DNA of 64,000 nucleotides, taken from positions 222,704,001 to 222,768,000 of the forward strand of contig OZ024741.1 in the NCBI GenBank assembly GCA_964016885.1, written 5' to 3'. Numbering within the stretch: the stretch's first letter is position 1; every line of letters starts with the position of its first letter. A program made the translations under genes and the position numbers. Below the pieces are notes generated by a model. That model saw nothing but the letters and a program-made list of their open reading frames with translations. It did no database searches and was not told where the DNA came from. Origin of the DNA: Eledone cirrhosa. Taxonomy: Eukaryota. Shown here piece by piece: positions 1-14,043 of this stretch.

Positions 1-2790
1 GGCTGTTCGTATTCTTTTGTTGTTGGTGATGTTGGGCTTGTTGGTAGTGTTTTGTTGGTGTTGGTGTTGTTGGTAGTAATCTGTTGGCGTTGTTGTTTTT
101 GTTGATGGTAGATTTCTGTTGGTGTTGGTGTTGTGGTTGTTGGTAGTGTTCTATTGGTGTTGGTGTTGTGGTTGTTTGTAGTGTTTTGTTGTTGGTGTTT
201 TGGGTAGTGTTGGTGTTGTGGTTGTTGGTAGTGTTTTGTTGGTGTTCGTGTTGTTGTTGTTGTCGGTGTTGGTGGTGTTTGTTTTGTGGTTGTTGTTAGT
301 GTTTTGTTGGTGATGAAGTGGCTGTTGGTAGTGTTTTGTAGGTGTTGATGTTGTGGTTGTTGGTAGTGTTTTGTTGTTGCTGATGTTGTTGGTAGTGTTT
401 TATTGGTGTGTGTGTTTTTTGTTGGTGTTTTTGTTGGTGTCGTGGTTGCTGGTAATGTTTTATTGATATTGGTGTTGTTGGTAATGATCTGTTGGTGTTG
501 GTGTTGGTGTTGGTGTTGGTGTTGTTGGTCCTGTTTTGATGGTGTTGATGTTGTGGTTGTTGGTAATGTTTTGTTAGTGTTGAAGTTGTGGTTGTTGTTA
601 TCGGTGTTCGTGTTGTGGTTGTTTGTAGTGTTTTGTTGGTGCTGACGTGGTTGTTGGTAGTGTTTTATTGGTGTTGGTGTCGTGTTTGTTGATGTTGGTG
701 TTGGTGTTGTTGGTAGTATTTTATTGGTGTTGGTGTTGTGGTTGTTGGTAGTGTTTTGTTGGTGTTCGTGTTGTAGGTAATGTTCTGTTGGTGTTGGTGT
801 TGTTGTTGGTAGTGTTTTGTTGGTGTTGTGGTTGTTGTTGGTGTTGGTGATGTGGTAGTTTGTATTGTTTTGTTGGTGTTGATGTTGTGGTTGCTGGTAG
901 TGCTTTGTTAGTGTTGATATTGTGGTTGTTGGAGTTGATCTTGTGGTTGTTGGTAGTGATTTGTTGGTGTTGATGTTGTGGTTGTTGTTGTTGGTGTTGG
1001 TAGTGTTCTATTGGTGTTGGTGTCGTGGTTGTCGGTAGTGCTTTATTGGTGTTGTTGTTGGTAACGTTCTGTTGGTGGTGTGGTTGTTGATAGTGTTTTG
1101 TGTGTTGGTGTTGCGTTTGTTGGTAATGTTTTCTTTGGAGTTGATGTTGTGGATGCTGGTATTGTTTTCTTGGTGTTAGTGTTGTTGGTAGTATTCTGTT
1201 GGTGTTGGTGTTCTGGTTGTTGGTTGTGTTTTGATGGTGTTGATGTTGTGGTTGTTGTTGTGCGTGTTGGTGTTGTGGTTGTTGGTAGTGTTTTGTTGGT
1301 GTTGATATTGTGGTTGTTGGTAGTGTTCTGTTGGTGTTGATGTTGTGGTTGTTGGAGTTGATCTTGTGGTTGTTGGTAGTGATTTGTTGGTGTTGGTGTT
1401 GTTGGTAATATTCTGTTGGTGTTGGTAGTGTTCTGTTGGTGTTTGTGTCGTGGTTGTTGGTAGTGTTTTATTGATGTTGGTGATGTTGGTAATGATCTGT
1501 TGGTGTTGTGGTTGTTGGTAGTGTTTTGTGTGTTGGTGTTATGTTTGTTGGTAATGTTTTCTTTGGAGTTGATGTTGTGGATGTTGGTAGTGTTTTGTTG
1601 GTGTTAGTGTTGTTGGTAGTATTCTGTTGGTGTTGGTGTTCTGGTTGTTGGTTGTGTTTTGATGTTGTTGATGTTGTTGTTGTTGATGTTGTCGGTGTTG
1701 GTGTTGTGGTTTTTGGTAGTGTTTTGTTTGTGTTGACGTGGTTGTTGGTAGTGTTTTGTGGGTGTTGGTGTTGGTTTTAAGGTTGTTGGTAGTATTTTGT
1801 TGGTATTGGTGTTGGTGTTGGTTTTCTGGTTGTTGGTAGTGTTTTGTTGGTATTATGTTGTGGTTGTTGGTTGTTGGTATTGGTTTGCTTGTGTTGGTGT
1901 TGTGTTTGTTGTTAGTGTTTGCGTTGTGGTTCTTGGTGTTGTGGTTGTTGTTAGTGTTTTGTTGGTGTTGTGTTTGTGGTTGTTGTTTTCGGTGTTGGTG
2001 TTGTGTTTGTTGGTAGTGTTTTCTTGGTGTTGGCGAGGTTGTTGGTAGTGTTTTGTTGTTGTTGGTGTTGTGGTTGTTGGTAGTGTTTTGTTGATGTTGG
2101 TGTTGTGGTTGTGGATGTTGGTTTAGGTGTTGTTGGTAATGTTTTGTTGATGTTAGTGTTGGTGTTGTGGTTCGTGGAAGTGTTTCGTTGATGTTGGTGA
2201 TCTGGTTGTTGATAGTGTTTTGTTGGTACTGGTGTTGTGGTGGTTGGTATTGGTTTGTTGGTGTTAGTGTTGTGGTTGTTGGTAGTGTTTTATTGGTGTT
2301 GTGGTTGTTGGTAGTGTTTTGTTGGTGTTTGTGTTGTGGTTGTTGGTGTTAATAGGGTTTGTTGGTGTTGTGGTTGTTCTTAGTGTTTTGTTGTTGTTGG
2401 TGATGTGGTTGTTGGTAGTGTTTTGTTGGTGTTGGTGTTGTGGTTGTGGTTGTTGGTGTTGGTGTTGTGTTTGTTTGTAGTGTTTTGTTGTTGTTGGTGT
2501 TGTGATTGTTGGTAGTAGTTTGTTGGTGTTCGTGTTGTTGGTAGTGTTCTGTTGGTGTTGTTGTTGTTGGTAGTGTTTTGTTGGTGTTGTGGTTGTTGTT
2601 GTTGTGGTGGTGGTTGGTATTGTTTTGTTGGTGTTGACGTTGTGGTTGTTGGTAGTGCTTTGTTGATCTTGTGGTTGTTGGTAGTGATTTGTTGGTGTTG
2701 AAGTTTGTTGTTGTTGTTGTTGGTTTTTGTTTTGTGGTTGTTGGTAGTGTTTTGTTGGTGTTGAAGTGGTTTTTGGTAGTGTTTTGTAAC
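1..2790. repeat. Degenerate G/T-rich minisatellite (core GTTGGTAGTGTTTTGTTGGTGTTG)
   Basis: The core motif recurs throughout, with a ~428-bp internal duplication (1080 vs 1508). Reading frames are not preserved. Confidence 0.9.
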
Positions 2791-2849
2791 CATATCAGTT
2801 ATGTAACGAAATCCAGGCACCGTTGCCCAACAATGAAGAATCAGCCGCT

Positions 2850-3020
2850 CTTCCATAAGTTTGTCGTCGAACTTATTGCAGTGAAAACTTCTGGCGTTCT
2901 TGGTCCCCAGGCCACCTCCTTACTCACTTATACTGTGGTGGAGTTGGTCACCTGCAGTGGTGAACCCTTCGAGCTGGAATGCTTCCGGGGCAATGCTTTC
3001 TCCACTTTGTCCACTCGGAT
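2850..3020 (+). mobile_element. Relic C-terminus of a CRE-like RLE non-LTR retrotransposon
   Basis: The translation FVVELIAVKTSGVLGPQATSLL...CSGEPFE...RGNAFSTL resembles the recalled 'F.P.AVETxG..G..A...RGNA..IL' terminal motif. Degraded. Confidence 0.55.
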
Positions 3021-3274
3021 CATATGGTGGTTATGCCTGGGATTCTTCATGCTGGAGAGAGTTTTCCCACATCGTCCAGGCCTGTATCATTTGTGTAGTA
3101 CACTTTCTCATATTTTCATCATAAGGTCTTTCTCGTACACCCCCCCCCATACACACACACACATACATTATATCACTATATCTTATTTTGTATATACTTG
3201 TTGATTTCAGCTTTCTCCAACCAAATAAATTATATCATGGAAATAAGTTCGTCTTCGGTTTACCTTTTTTTCAT

Positions 3275-3397
3275 TACTACTACTCTGCTGCTCCTGCTGC
3301 TACTACTACTGCTGTTGTTGTTGTTGCTGCTACTACTAGTACTACTTCTGCTGCTGTTGTTACTACTACTACTACTACTCTGCTGCTGCTGCTGCTG

Positions 3398-3492
<95 letters not shown>

Positions 3493-3564
3493 ACTACTAC
3501 TACTACTACTACTATTGCTGCTGCTGCTGCTGCTGCTACTACTACTATTACAGCTGCTGCTGCA

Positions 3565-3600
<36 letters not shown>
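3275..3600. repeat. Compound (CTA)n/(CTG)n microsatellite
   Basis: Visible directly in the sequence. Confidence 0.97.
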
Positions 3601-3601
<1 letters not shown>

Positions 3602-3703
3602 GTTTCTATTCCCCAAACCCATTTTTTTAATTCGATCTCCAACTTATTACTTTACGCAAGAAACAATTATTTTTAATTCAATTTTAAAGTTCTTATATTA
3701 TAG

Positions 3704-3752
<49 letters not shown>

Positions 3753-3928
3753 GGGGGGGGGATCCGTATGCATATATGTGTGTATACCCATATATACATA
3801 TATGTATCATATATATTTACACACACACACACATATATATATATGTGCGTATACACACATATATACATATACATACACATTTACATATATATGCACACAT
3901 TCATGCAAGTAATAATAATAATAATAAT

Positions 3929-4692
3929 ATGAAAAGAGGAGACCTTAAAAAGGCTACAGAAGGAATGCTAATGGCTGCGCAAGAGCAGGCCCCCAAAACG
4001 AAGTGGCTGAAACACCATATTTACAAGGAGGAGGCTAGCCCACTGTGCAGGATCTGTGGAGAGAGAGAGGAGACTGTAGCTCACATTGTATCCGAGTGTA
4101 AACACCAAGCCCAGACTCACTATAAGGGCTGGAGACATGATGTGATGAGCAGGGTGATCCACTGGCACCTATGCAAAGTAAACAATTTACCACATTCTGA
4201 GAAGTGGTATGAGCATAAGCCAGAGTCGGTGATAGAAAACGATCAGGTGAAGGTGCTGTGGGATTTTAGGATACAGACGGACAAGAAACTGGAACACAAT
4301 AGACCTGACCTGGTGGTTTTGGACAAGGAAAAAAGATCGTGCCTGATTGTGGATGTGCTGCCCATTCGACACGAGAGTGCAAGAGAAGGAGAGGAAGAAA
4401 ATTAACCGATACCAGGACTTAAAGTGGGAGGTAAAAAGGATTTGGAACTGCCATGAAGTCAAAGTGGTCCCGATTGTCATAGGCGCACTAGGTACTATCT
4501 CAAAAGGTTTCCAGGGATGGTTAAAGAAAATTGGCCCCGCCCCGCTTTTTGGAACGCTTCAAAAGGCATGCTTGCTGGGAACAGCAAGAACCCTCCGATA
4601 CGTCCTGAATATCTGAGGCTGCAGGTAGTGGTTTGATATTCATTTCAACAAACTTTCCAGTTAACTAACATCAATGACTGAGACTCAAAGAA
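3929..4692 (+). mobile_element. 5'-truncated R4/Dong-clade RLE LINE with a frameshift near 4358
   Basis: Contains EGMLMAAQEQ, a CCHC knuckle (CRICGEREETVAHIVSEC), RHD, NRPDLVVLDK, KINRYQDL and VPIVIGALG. Stop at 4616, short 3'UTR, and (AAT)n on both sides (3911-3928, 4693-4741). Confidence 0.9.
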
Positions 4693-4693
4693 C

Positions 4694-4742
<49 letters not shown>

Positions 4743-5178
4743 TCATAGAAAAAATAAGAGCATAATAAAATATAACAACTACAGGAAGAATGTTATAGAA
4801 GAAATAGAAAAAAAATGAAATATATGGTAATTCTATTAGTTTACGTTGAAATTTAATTCTGCCAGGTCCCTCTCCTTCTATGTCAACGTTTGAACATTTA
4901 CTAGTAATAAAATATTCTGCATCTATTGCAGAATTTATGTGCACTACTTGCACAATTACATCGTATCTACAACAATTTTATTGCTGCACTTGCTGTTATT
5001 TTTTTTAATATTTTTGTTGTTATTTATGTGTTATTTATGTGTTTTGGATTTTTTTAATTTTTAATTTTTAATTTTGGATTCATGTATTTTTTAAATATTT
5101 TGTAATAATACATACACACACACACACAGAGAAACACACATACACACATCACACACATATCTATATATATTTACATAT

Positions 5179-5214
<36 letters not shown>

Positions 5215-5684
5215 GCATGTGTGTGCGTGTGAGTATATATATATATATGTGTGTGTTTGGGTGTGGGTGTGTATTTGTGTACATATATATGTCTGTGTGT
5301 GTGTGTGTGTGTGTGTGAGTGTATTTATACATGCATATGTATATGAGTATATGATTATATGTATACGCACACGCACACACCTATGCACGTGTATGTGTGT
5401 TGTGTTATCTGCGTGAGTGTTTGTGTCACTGTGTGTTGTATCTTATTTATGTATATGTGTTATGTAAAGTCTTTCTTTTCACTTTTATTGTTTATTTATT
5501 ATTTCTATCATTGTTATTTCTGTTTTGTTTCCTATATTATCATTCATCATATGTCTTTAAAATGCTTCTTTATTAAACATCACCAACTGTTTCCTTCCCT
5601 CTTGCTCTTTACCCTCACTCTCTTCTTTCTCTTTACCCTCACTCTCTTCTTTCTCTTTCTCCTTCGTTCATATATATATATATG

Positions 5685-5828
5685 ACTAAAAATTAATGAT
5701 TTAAAATTAAAATTAAGTGTTGGAGTAAGTTTTTTTCCCCATCTTTCTTGCTCAATTTCCAGCCCAATTTTGAGCAAGAAAGATGGGGAAAAAAACTTAA
5801 TTTCAATTTTAAATCATTAATTTTTAGT
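5685..5828. repeat. Fold-back inverted repeat
   Basis: TTTTTTTCCCCATCTTTCTTGCTCAA pairs with TTGAGCAAGAAAGATGGGGAAAAAAA, and there are outer arms as well. Confidence 0.8.
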
Positions 5829-6129
5829 TTTTAACTCCTATTAATTCTTTTTAATTTTTTATTTCAATACTCAACATTTGATAAGATGAATTTTAATAAT
5901 ACATCGTAACCGGTAATACTTTATATACTTTATATACATTATAAAACTTTTTTTTTAAAGAATTGTCCCTCTCATCTTTTCAATAATGTCATCTTTTCAA
6001 TAATGTCACTTTGACGAATCAAAGAAAGGATAAAAAAAAAGAAAAACAGACCCTAAAATATATTTTCCATGCTATTTCCAACTTCACCTTTTCTCTATAT
6101 CCACTGTTTTGTATAGAACCTTACTTCCC

Positions 6130-6173
<44 letters not shown>

Positions 6174-6402
6174 AGAGTATTGAAGTTTGCTTGAAGCATT
6201 GTGGAACAATAAGTAAATCTGTGTTGTTATTTTTATTTTTATCCTTTATACTCTTCCCTTCATTCTACACATCTCACACATCTTATACACACCACGCATC
6301 TCAACGTACACCCACTTACATCTCTCTCTCCACCACCGGACCTTGTTACCCGGAGATTTACTCATTTGCATTGTCGAGGCTTCCAAACGACTTAAAGATA
6401 TT

Positions 6403-6463
<61 letters not shown>

Positions 6464-6467
<4 letters not shown>

Positions 6468-6542
6468 GATGTCCCCAAAAGATGTATGCACAGGTTTATT
6501 AGAATGCTGTGGAAGTGTGTATACATTTTTGGCACACCGTGT
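6464..6542. mobile_element. Tiny Tc1/mariner-type MITE
   Basis: Imperfect TIRs CAGGATGTCCCCAAAAGATGTA / TACATTTTTGGCACACCGTG in a TA context. A related TIR lies at 6876-6898. Confidence 0.45.
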
Positions 6543-6573
6543 ATGTGTATATATATACATAGAGAGAGAGAGA

Positions 6574-6683
<110 letters not shown>

Positions 6684-6893
6684 GTGTATATATGTGTGTG
6701 TGTGTGTGTATGTGTGTGTATGTGTGTGTGTGTGTGTGTGTGTGTAACAATAAGAATTGCAGCTTTTTGCGAAACTTTATCTCATATTACAATTGTTTCT
6801 ATATCGATCAGCTCGGGTTTAATCAGGCGATCGGATCCCGACTCTCAATCGACACTTCTTCAGATATGAGAGTTTACATTTTGGGGGCACATC

Positions 6894-6933
<40 letters not shown>

Positions 6934-7024
6934 ACAGAGAGGGGTGAAGAGAAAGGAGGAGAGAGATACAGAGATACATGCCATATACATACGTAAATAT
7001 GCACATATGTGTGTGTGTAAATCA

Positions 7025-7200
7025 ATCTCCGTCGGTTTCGATGATGAGTGTTCTAGTTGTTGAGTTAACAGAACGGCCTACTCGTTATATATGGAAACGG
7101 CTAAATATTCCACAGACTCCTGTGTACTTCACATAATTTTAGCAGAGATTCAGTGTGATACAATGCGTGACAATGTTAGACTCTTTGAATTAGAGGTACA
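7025..7200. mobile_element. Degraded retroposon (SINE/LINE tail) copy
   Basis: CTCCGTCGGTTTCGATGATGAG...GAGATTCAGTGTGA...TTTGAATTAGAGGTACA resembles an abundant octopus interspersed repeat (recall, not searched). Confidence 0.45.
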
Positions 7201-7320
7201 ATCCATCCGATGCTTGCATTAGAACAAAACTGCAAATTTGTGAGTAAAGGACTTATATCCAAGATAAAACTTAGACATCGGAACTGCAGTCGGGACATTG
7301 AAGTGAATTAGGTAACTTTT

Positions 7321-7400
<80 letters not shown>

Positions 7401-8165
7401 TCAGCGAGAATCTCATTTCGGCGGGTAGAAAAAGCGAAACGAAACGCAAAATCAGAGTTATGCTGGCAAGTACTCCATAGTTAAAAAACCAGAGCTAAAC
7501 ATATATGTTAAAACGCCATACAAAATTGAAAAAGTGGTCAAGAAGGCATTAACCACCTAAGCCAAAAAACAAGTCAAGCTAAACAGGTCAAACAAAATAA
7601 ATGCTAAAATCATATATATATATATACACACATATACTCATATATAACCGACCTATATATATATATATATATATATAAATGAAACTATAGAAATTATTGT
7701 GAGCGTGAAGCCAACAGTATTTCATAATATATAAGTGACTATAACGTCAAAATGGAAAATAATTAACGTAAGATGTGGGTAAATAATTCAAACTCAATTT
7801 TTAAAAAATCAAGACAGATTTATCCATAGAATTTTGTGAAATCCAGGGAAAAATCAATAGAGCCTTAACTCTGAATAAAATAAAGTTTAAATACTCATGC
7901 TTCAATTTGGCAAAACTACAAATGCTCTGTATAGTCTTAAAAAGACTATTTCACGAAACTTTCAGTGGGAATGGTCCCGGTTGGATTCGTTCATCTGTAG
8001 AGCTCAAACACGGTAACCTTAGCCACTGCCAGAATATGCCAAAAATGGAATTTAAAAGCAGGCTTGTTCACCTCATGCGAAAATATGAAAATAAACACAC
8101 ATGGAGAGACATGGCTGGTGACGTCAGAATGAGACGAATGTCTGTTTACATATATATATATATAT

Positions 8166-8480
8166 ACTGGTTCAGTAGCGTGTCGGGGCGATAATCCCTA
8201 TAATATGCCTTTATTTCAATTTTATTTTAATCCATGTCAGAACATGTCTTTCTTGAAGGATGGTCCCCTTGATTATAACGAATTTCTTTATGAATTGGGT
8301 CAATTTATAATGTTTGTATAACAAACGTTTGTTGTTTTTCCATCTGAGGCCTAGATGCAAAGATTTGTCTGACTTCCTACTCTTGACACCCAATGTAAAG
8401 CTGACCATGAGTGAAGCAGAACTCTTCTTCAACGTGTAAACCAGCAACCGAAAATGTTTGTCCTTGTGATTTGCTGATGC
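8166..8480 (-). mobile_element. 3' relic of an autonomous Helitron (PIF1-like helicase C-terminus)
   Basis: The minus strand reads ISKSQGQTFSVAGLHVEEEFCFTHGQLYIGC, then after a frameshift SRVGSQTNLCI*ASDGKTTNVCY. It ends in a weak hairpin plus CCAG|T at 8166. Not in the ORF track. Confidence 0.85.
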
Positions 8481-8585
8481 CACTTTCACTGAGCCACTTG
8501 TAACGTGCGAACTGATTGTCAAGATTAGTGAACTGAGGTTTTTTTACAAAATGAAAAAAAACGAGGTGTCCTACACGAGTGAAAG

Positions 8586-8926
8586 TATAAGGAAAAAAGA
8601 TGAAATCGAAAATGCAACTGGAGTCTTTTTTTTTTTAATATATTTATTTGGTTCCTTTACCGGCGCGAAATTTATTATATTTATTCACATGACAGTCATC
8701 AACCAACCCAATTACTTTCCTAAAAACCTAGCATTTCGAGTTATTTTTTCCCTATAAAACAGAAGTAACATTCGAACACCAACCAGATGCGAGAAAACCA
8801 CAAACCCTCCATCTCAATTCTACTTTTGAAAAGCACAAGAACTGCGAAACCGGTAAAGGATCCAAATAAATATTTTTTTTTTTTTAAAAAGACTCCAGTT
8901 GCATCTTCGATTTCATCTTTTTTCTT

Positions 8927-8930
<4 letters not shown>
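8586..8930. mobile_element. MITE or fold-back unit with ~75-bp inverted arms
   Basis: AAAAAAGATGAAATCGAAAATGCAACTGGAGTC...CCTTTACCGG at 8592-8663 is mirrored at 8850-8925. Confidence 0.75.
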
Positions 8931-8981
<51 letters not shown>

Positions 8982-9112
8982 AAAGTATTGAGTACTTTGG
9001 TGCGTTATGGTTCACCTGGTTCCTTACCACATTTCCTTCGTTATATATAATGTGACGTAGTTGCTATCTCTTCTCCCCACCCCATATATATCTCTATATA
9101 TATATATATGTG

Positions 9113-9158
<46 letters not shown>

Positions 9159-9364
9159 TATTTGGTCCCGACTTTTTCTAATATAGCGATACTCTGTTAT
9201 CCCAAGTATCGAGTACTCTGTTGACTAATGGTCAAACTAGTTCTATCCTGATATATATATATATGAATAAAAATACCGGATTAAATTACATTAAATCATT
9301 CAATTGACATACATACATACATACATACATACATACATACATACATACATACATACATACATAC

Positions 9365-9776
9365 ATGGTGGCTGCCAACTCGTTTTCGAGTACGGCCACT
9401 ACTTTATATCCATGTAGGAGAACCCCTACCGATGCGCTGAACGAATGTGACTTTTTAGTCCAGCCAGCGACTTGAAAACTCTGGTACAAAGACTACACTT
9501 GTGACCATTATTGACACATAGTGCAGGGCACATGGTACCATGTGATGACAAGTGCTGAGAGATCTCCAGATATAAAGCAATGCCTGTGCTGTGAAGCTTT
9601 TATAGTGAGCAAAGGCACTGCACAAAGCCAGTCCCACTCTCTTAACCAAGATGATATTTACCAAAAAGAAGAACAAGTCAACATCATTGGATACCATCAG
9701 GGTTGCAGGTGTTATATCAGAGTTTTCCTTCTCCTAGAATTCTGCCTTGACAAAGGCTAAGGGGTCATCTCTCCCA
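9365..9776 (-). mobile_element. (ATAC)n-flanked non-autonomous retroposon, truncated copy
   Basis: Near-identical to 17268-17718, with (ATAC)n on both sides. Confidence 0.8.
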
Positions 9777-9874
9777 CATACATACATACATACATACATA
9801 CATACATACATACATACATACATACATGCATACATACATAATATGAGGTGTGTGTATATGTATATAAATAAATA

Positions 9875-9972
<98 letters not shown>

Positions 9973-10577
9973 ACATACATATATAAACACCCGCATGCTT
10001 ACCTACAATATGTTTTCCGGCGGTAATTTTCGGAACAGTAACTATAATTATCTTACGAATAAACAGGAAAAAAAAACGATAGAAAATCAAAAGACAAATC
10101 ACAAAGTGAAAAAAAAAGACACATTTTCATAATCTAAATTTAATTATTCGATGTTTCTAGCGAGGGAGAGAAGGGTATATCTAATTATCTCATCATTACG
10201 AATAACTGAACAATATAAGACAAGTTTATTTATTTTATTTATTTATTTATAATTATTTCGGGGACGATGATCGAAGTATGTATTTTATGATTTATTTTTC
10301 TATTTTTACTGTCATTCTGTAATATCTGTAAATTTTTTTAATTAATTAATTTTTGTGTGTGTGTGTGTGTTCTAAACACAATCTTTCGGGTCTTCATGTT
10401 TGGGGTTTTTTCTTTTTTCTTTTGTGTGTGTGTATTTTCTTAATGTTTAAATAAGTTATTTAGCAAAATGACAACCTCTTTTTGGAAAAATAGATACCTT
10501 AGAGCGTTATGTATTTTTTTCTTTTGTGGAAAATGTGTTGAGGAATTAAATAGTTATCTGCTCATAGTTTCGTGTAC

Positions 10578-10696
10578 CTGATGATAAATGATTTTGAAAT
10601 GAAGAATTTGCAATTCCAAAGTTGATTTTGGTGCATATAACTCGCGGAGACCTTTTTCCCTCAAAGTCTTTCGAAATGTACTTAAAATACTTGTGA
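10578..10696 (-). other. Candidate 119-bp host exon
   Basis: Acceptor CCCCTTCCCTTTTGCCCGCAG and donor CAG|GTACAC. Two frames are open and the sequence looks non-repetitive. No homology recognised. Confidence 0.25.
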
Positions 10697-11035
10697 CTGC
10701 GGGCAAAAGGGAAGGGGTTGTGATTAAATTTATCTGAATCTGATGAGAAGCCAAATATATTAACAATGAAGGTATTTCGTTAAAATGTCATTTATGTGAC
10801 ACACACAAACACATGCAAATACACACTTACTCACACACACGTGCAAGCATGCAAACAAATACATTATTACAGATGCACACACGTATACACTAAACTAGAG
10901 AGGGTCACAAACATACTCATACAATACTACGTATTTACACATATGCACACACACACACACACACACATACACACACACACACACACACGCGCGCACGCAC
11001 GCGCGCGCGATTACTCACACGTAATTGTGTATGTT

Positions 11036-11093
<58 letters not shown>

Positions 11094-11266
11094 TATATAT
11101 ATGCGTATATATGTGTATATATGTATATGTATATGTGTATGCATATGTATATGTGTATGTATATGTATATGCATATGTGTATATATGTATATGTATATGT
11201 GTATATATGTATATGTATATGTATATACACACATACATATACATATATATATATATATACATATAC

Positions 11267-11329
<63 letters not shown>

Positions 11330-11359
11330 TAGAGTCCATAACACCAATCAAACCCCTTT

Positions 11360-11455
11360 TATAGCTCTGACGAATCCTACGGTTACGTAAGGAAGATACA
11401 TTGTAAGCCAATAAAAATCTTTTGATGTTGTAGACGCTCTTGTGTTCTTTATCAT
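11360..11455 (+). mobile_element. PLE-like terminus with a mutated hammerhead motif
   Basis: Copy of 23314-23405 with GAAA changed to GATA, lying in (TA)n. Confidence 0.6.
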
Positions 11456-11591
11456 ATATATATATATGAAACTATTTCGCTTTTCCTTATTCTATATATA
11501 TTTATATATATATATATATATATAAGCAGCGATTCTTTGCTTAAACTTTAATCTGTTATTTTAATAAATATATATATATATATATACATAC

Positions 11592-11675
<84 letters not shown>

Positions 11676-11689
11676 CGAAACAAATGAGA

Positions 11690-11945
11690 TCGTGTAGGTG
11701 TCACGACTAAAAAACACACAGTCCACGCTGTAATGTGGCCGTGTAGGCAACACGGTAAAAACCTCCCAGACCCACACTGTAAATGTGGTTGGTGTTAGGA
11801 AGGGCATCCAACTGTAGAAAACCTGCCAGACAGTCCTATGCGAGCAAGACAATCACTCTTGCCTCAAGTGGGACTACCCCTGTCCAAACCCATGCAAGCG
11901 TGGAACACGGACGTTAAACGTTGATGATGATGATGATGATGATGA
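11690..11945 (+). mobile_element. RTE-related SINE/LINE 3' tail ending in (GAT)n
   Basis: GGTTGGTGTTAGGAAGGGCATCCAACTGTAGAAA...CGGACGTTAAACG followed by (GAT)n. Confidence 0.65.
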
Positions 11946-11955
11946 TATATATATA

Positions 11956-12147
<192 letters not shown>

Positions 12148-12340
12148 GTGTAAAGGGTAAACAGAAATAACAACACAATCAGTACAGTATATGGAAGGTA
12201 TATATTAGGTTAACGCTTGATATAGCATGAAGAGGGTCTTAACGCTTCGGAGGCTAGTCCTTCATCAGAAGAAACAATGAGAAATAAAATAGATTAAGGG
12301 GTCGGGCGGGATGGAATTGGAAAAAATGTCTTTAGATAAA
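12148..12340 (-). mobile_element. PLE pseudo-LTR end, same family as 28640-29345
   Basis: Homologous to 28640-28835. The minus strand carries CTGATGAAGGACTAGCCTCCGAAGC. Confidence 0.75.
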
Positions 12341-12493
12341 AATAATAGGTCCATTCATGTTGACATCTCTTGCAAAACTTGGTGCTGGCGTTTTGTGTAT
12401 GTTTGTTCTTTATATATATATATATATATATATATAACAGGCTGCATATATAAATATACATATATATACACCCTGTTTTATATATATATATAC

Positions 12494-12592
<99 letters not shown>

Positions 12593-12605
12593 CATATATA
12601 TATAC

Positions 12606-12723
<118 letters not shown>

Positions 12724-12782
12724 CGTGAACCTAATAAACTAATATTTGTACTGCCTCTCTGCTTTCGTTCCTGTCTAAGATT

Positions 12783-12825
<43 letters not shown>

Positions 12826-12831
<6 letters not shown>

Positions 12832-13030
12832 AGTTACTTATTGCCACGGGCTTTCCTATGTGGTGCTAACTTAGCCATGGATGTTTGCTAGACAATATAG
12901 CATGAATCACGCACACGAATTGATCTCAGTGATTCTAAAATATGCTTTAAGCGCAGTTTTTCAACATCACTTGCGTGCCTATATTTTCATTCCCATATAT
13001 GTGTGTATATACATACATATATATGTATAT
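12826..13030. repeat. Inverted duplicate of 14880-15084
   Basis: About 200 bp of near-identical reverse complement. Confidence 0.9.
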
Positions 13031-13044
13031 TATATATATATATA

Positions 13045-13092
<48 letters not shown>

Positions 13093-13155
13093 TATATATG
13101 TATATATATATTTATATTTATTAAAATAATAGATTATTACTATATATATTTACTA

Positions 13156-13941
13156 TCTATATATATAAAACAGAGGATGTCTGTGTGTCTGTTTCCCTAA
13201 AACTCGAGAAGTACCCAACCGGTTTTTTTCAAACTTTATACATGTAACTCGTATGACCCCGGAAGTGTTTTGAACAAAAACAATTTCAAATTTTCAATGC
13301 CCTAGGGATCGCATTAGGCGATTTAGCGATCTATTTCTCTTTCTCTTAGTCTTTCTCTTTTTAGATAGATACATAGATATGACGTCGCGCCTTCATAATA
13401 TCTGTCTGTATGCCTGACTGTCTGCATTACGTCATTATGACGCAATCAGTGTGTGTGTGTGTGTATATATTCTTATGCCAGGGAACGTCTTCACGAACCA
13501 AAGTATCGTCTTCCTGTTTTCCAGATTGATTTTTTTAGTTTAAGAAGATCCCGTTAAGGTTGAAAGCAGCGATTCTTTGCTTAAACATTAATATGTTATT
13601 TTAATATAGATATTCGTGTACAGATATTTTTGCATACACAAAAACAAAATATAAACAAACAAGGCCAAAGATTACATCAATTAGTCTTAGTGTATGTACT
13701 TCATACTGCTTTTAGGTAGAATATCCCGTTAAGGGTGAAAGCAGTGATTCTTTGCTTAAACTTTAGTCTGTTATTTTAATATATATATATAATTATATAT
13801 TTATGGACAGATATTTTTGCATACACAATAACAAAATATAAACAAACGTATTTATTTCACGAGGTTCGATAAGGATAAATATATATCAAATATATAAGAA
13901 CCCTATAGCAAATCCCGAGCAACGCCGGGCCATTCTGCTAG
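13156..13941 (+). mobile_element. Non-autonomous Helitron
   Basis: 5' A|TCTATATATATAAAAC; 3' hairpin CCCGAGCAACGCCGGG then CTAG|T. Internal ~180-bp tandem duplication. Confidence 0.85.
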
Positions 13942-14043
13942 TATATATATATTTATTAAAATAACAGATTATTACTATATATATACATATATATAGTAAT
14001 AATCTGCTATTTTAATAAATTTAAATATATATATATATATAAC

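Noticed and set aside
403-2856. Hydrophobic V/L/C/W and T/N/Q ORFs in the first array
   Set aside because: Short, frame-shifting translations of low-complexity repeat.
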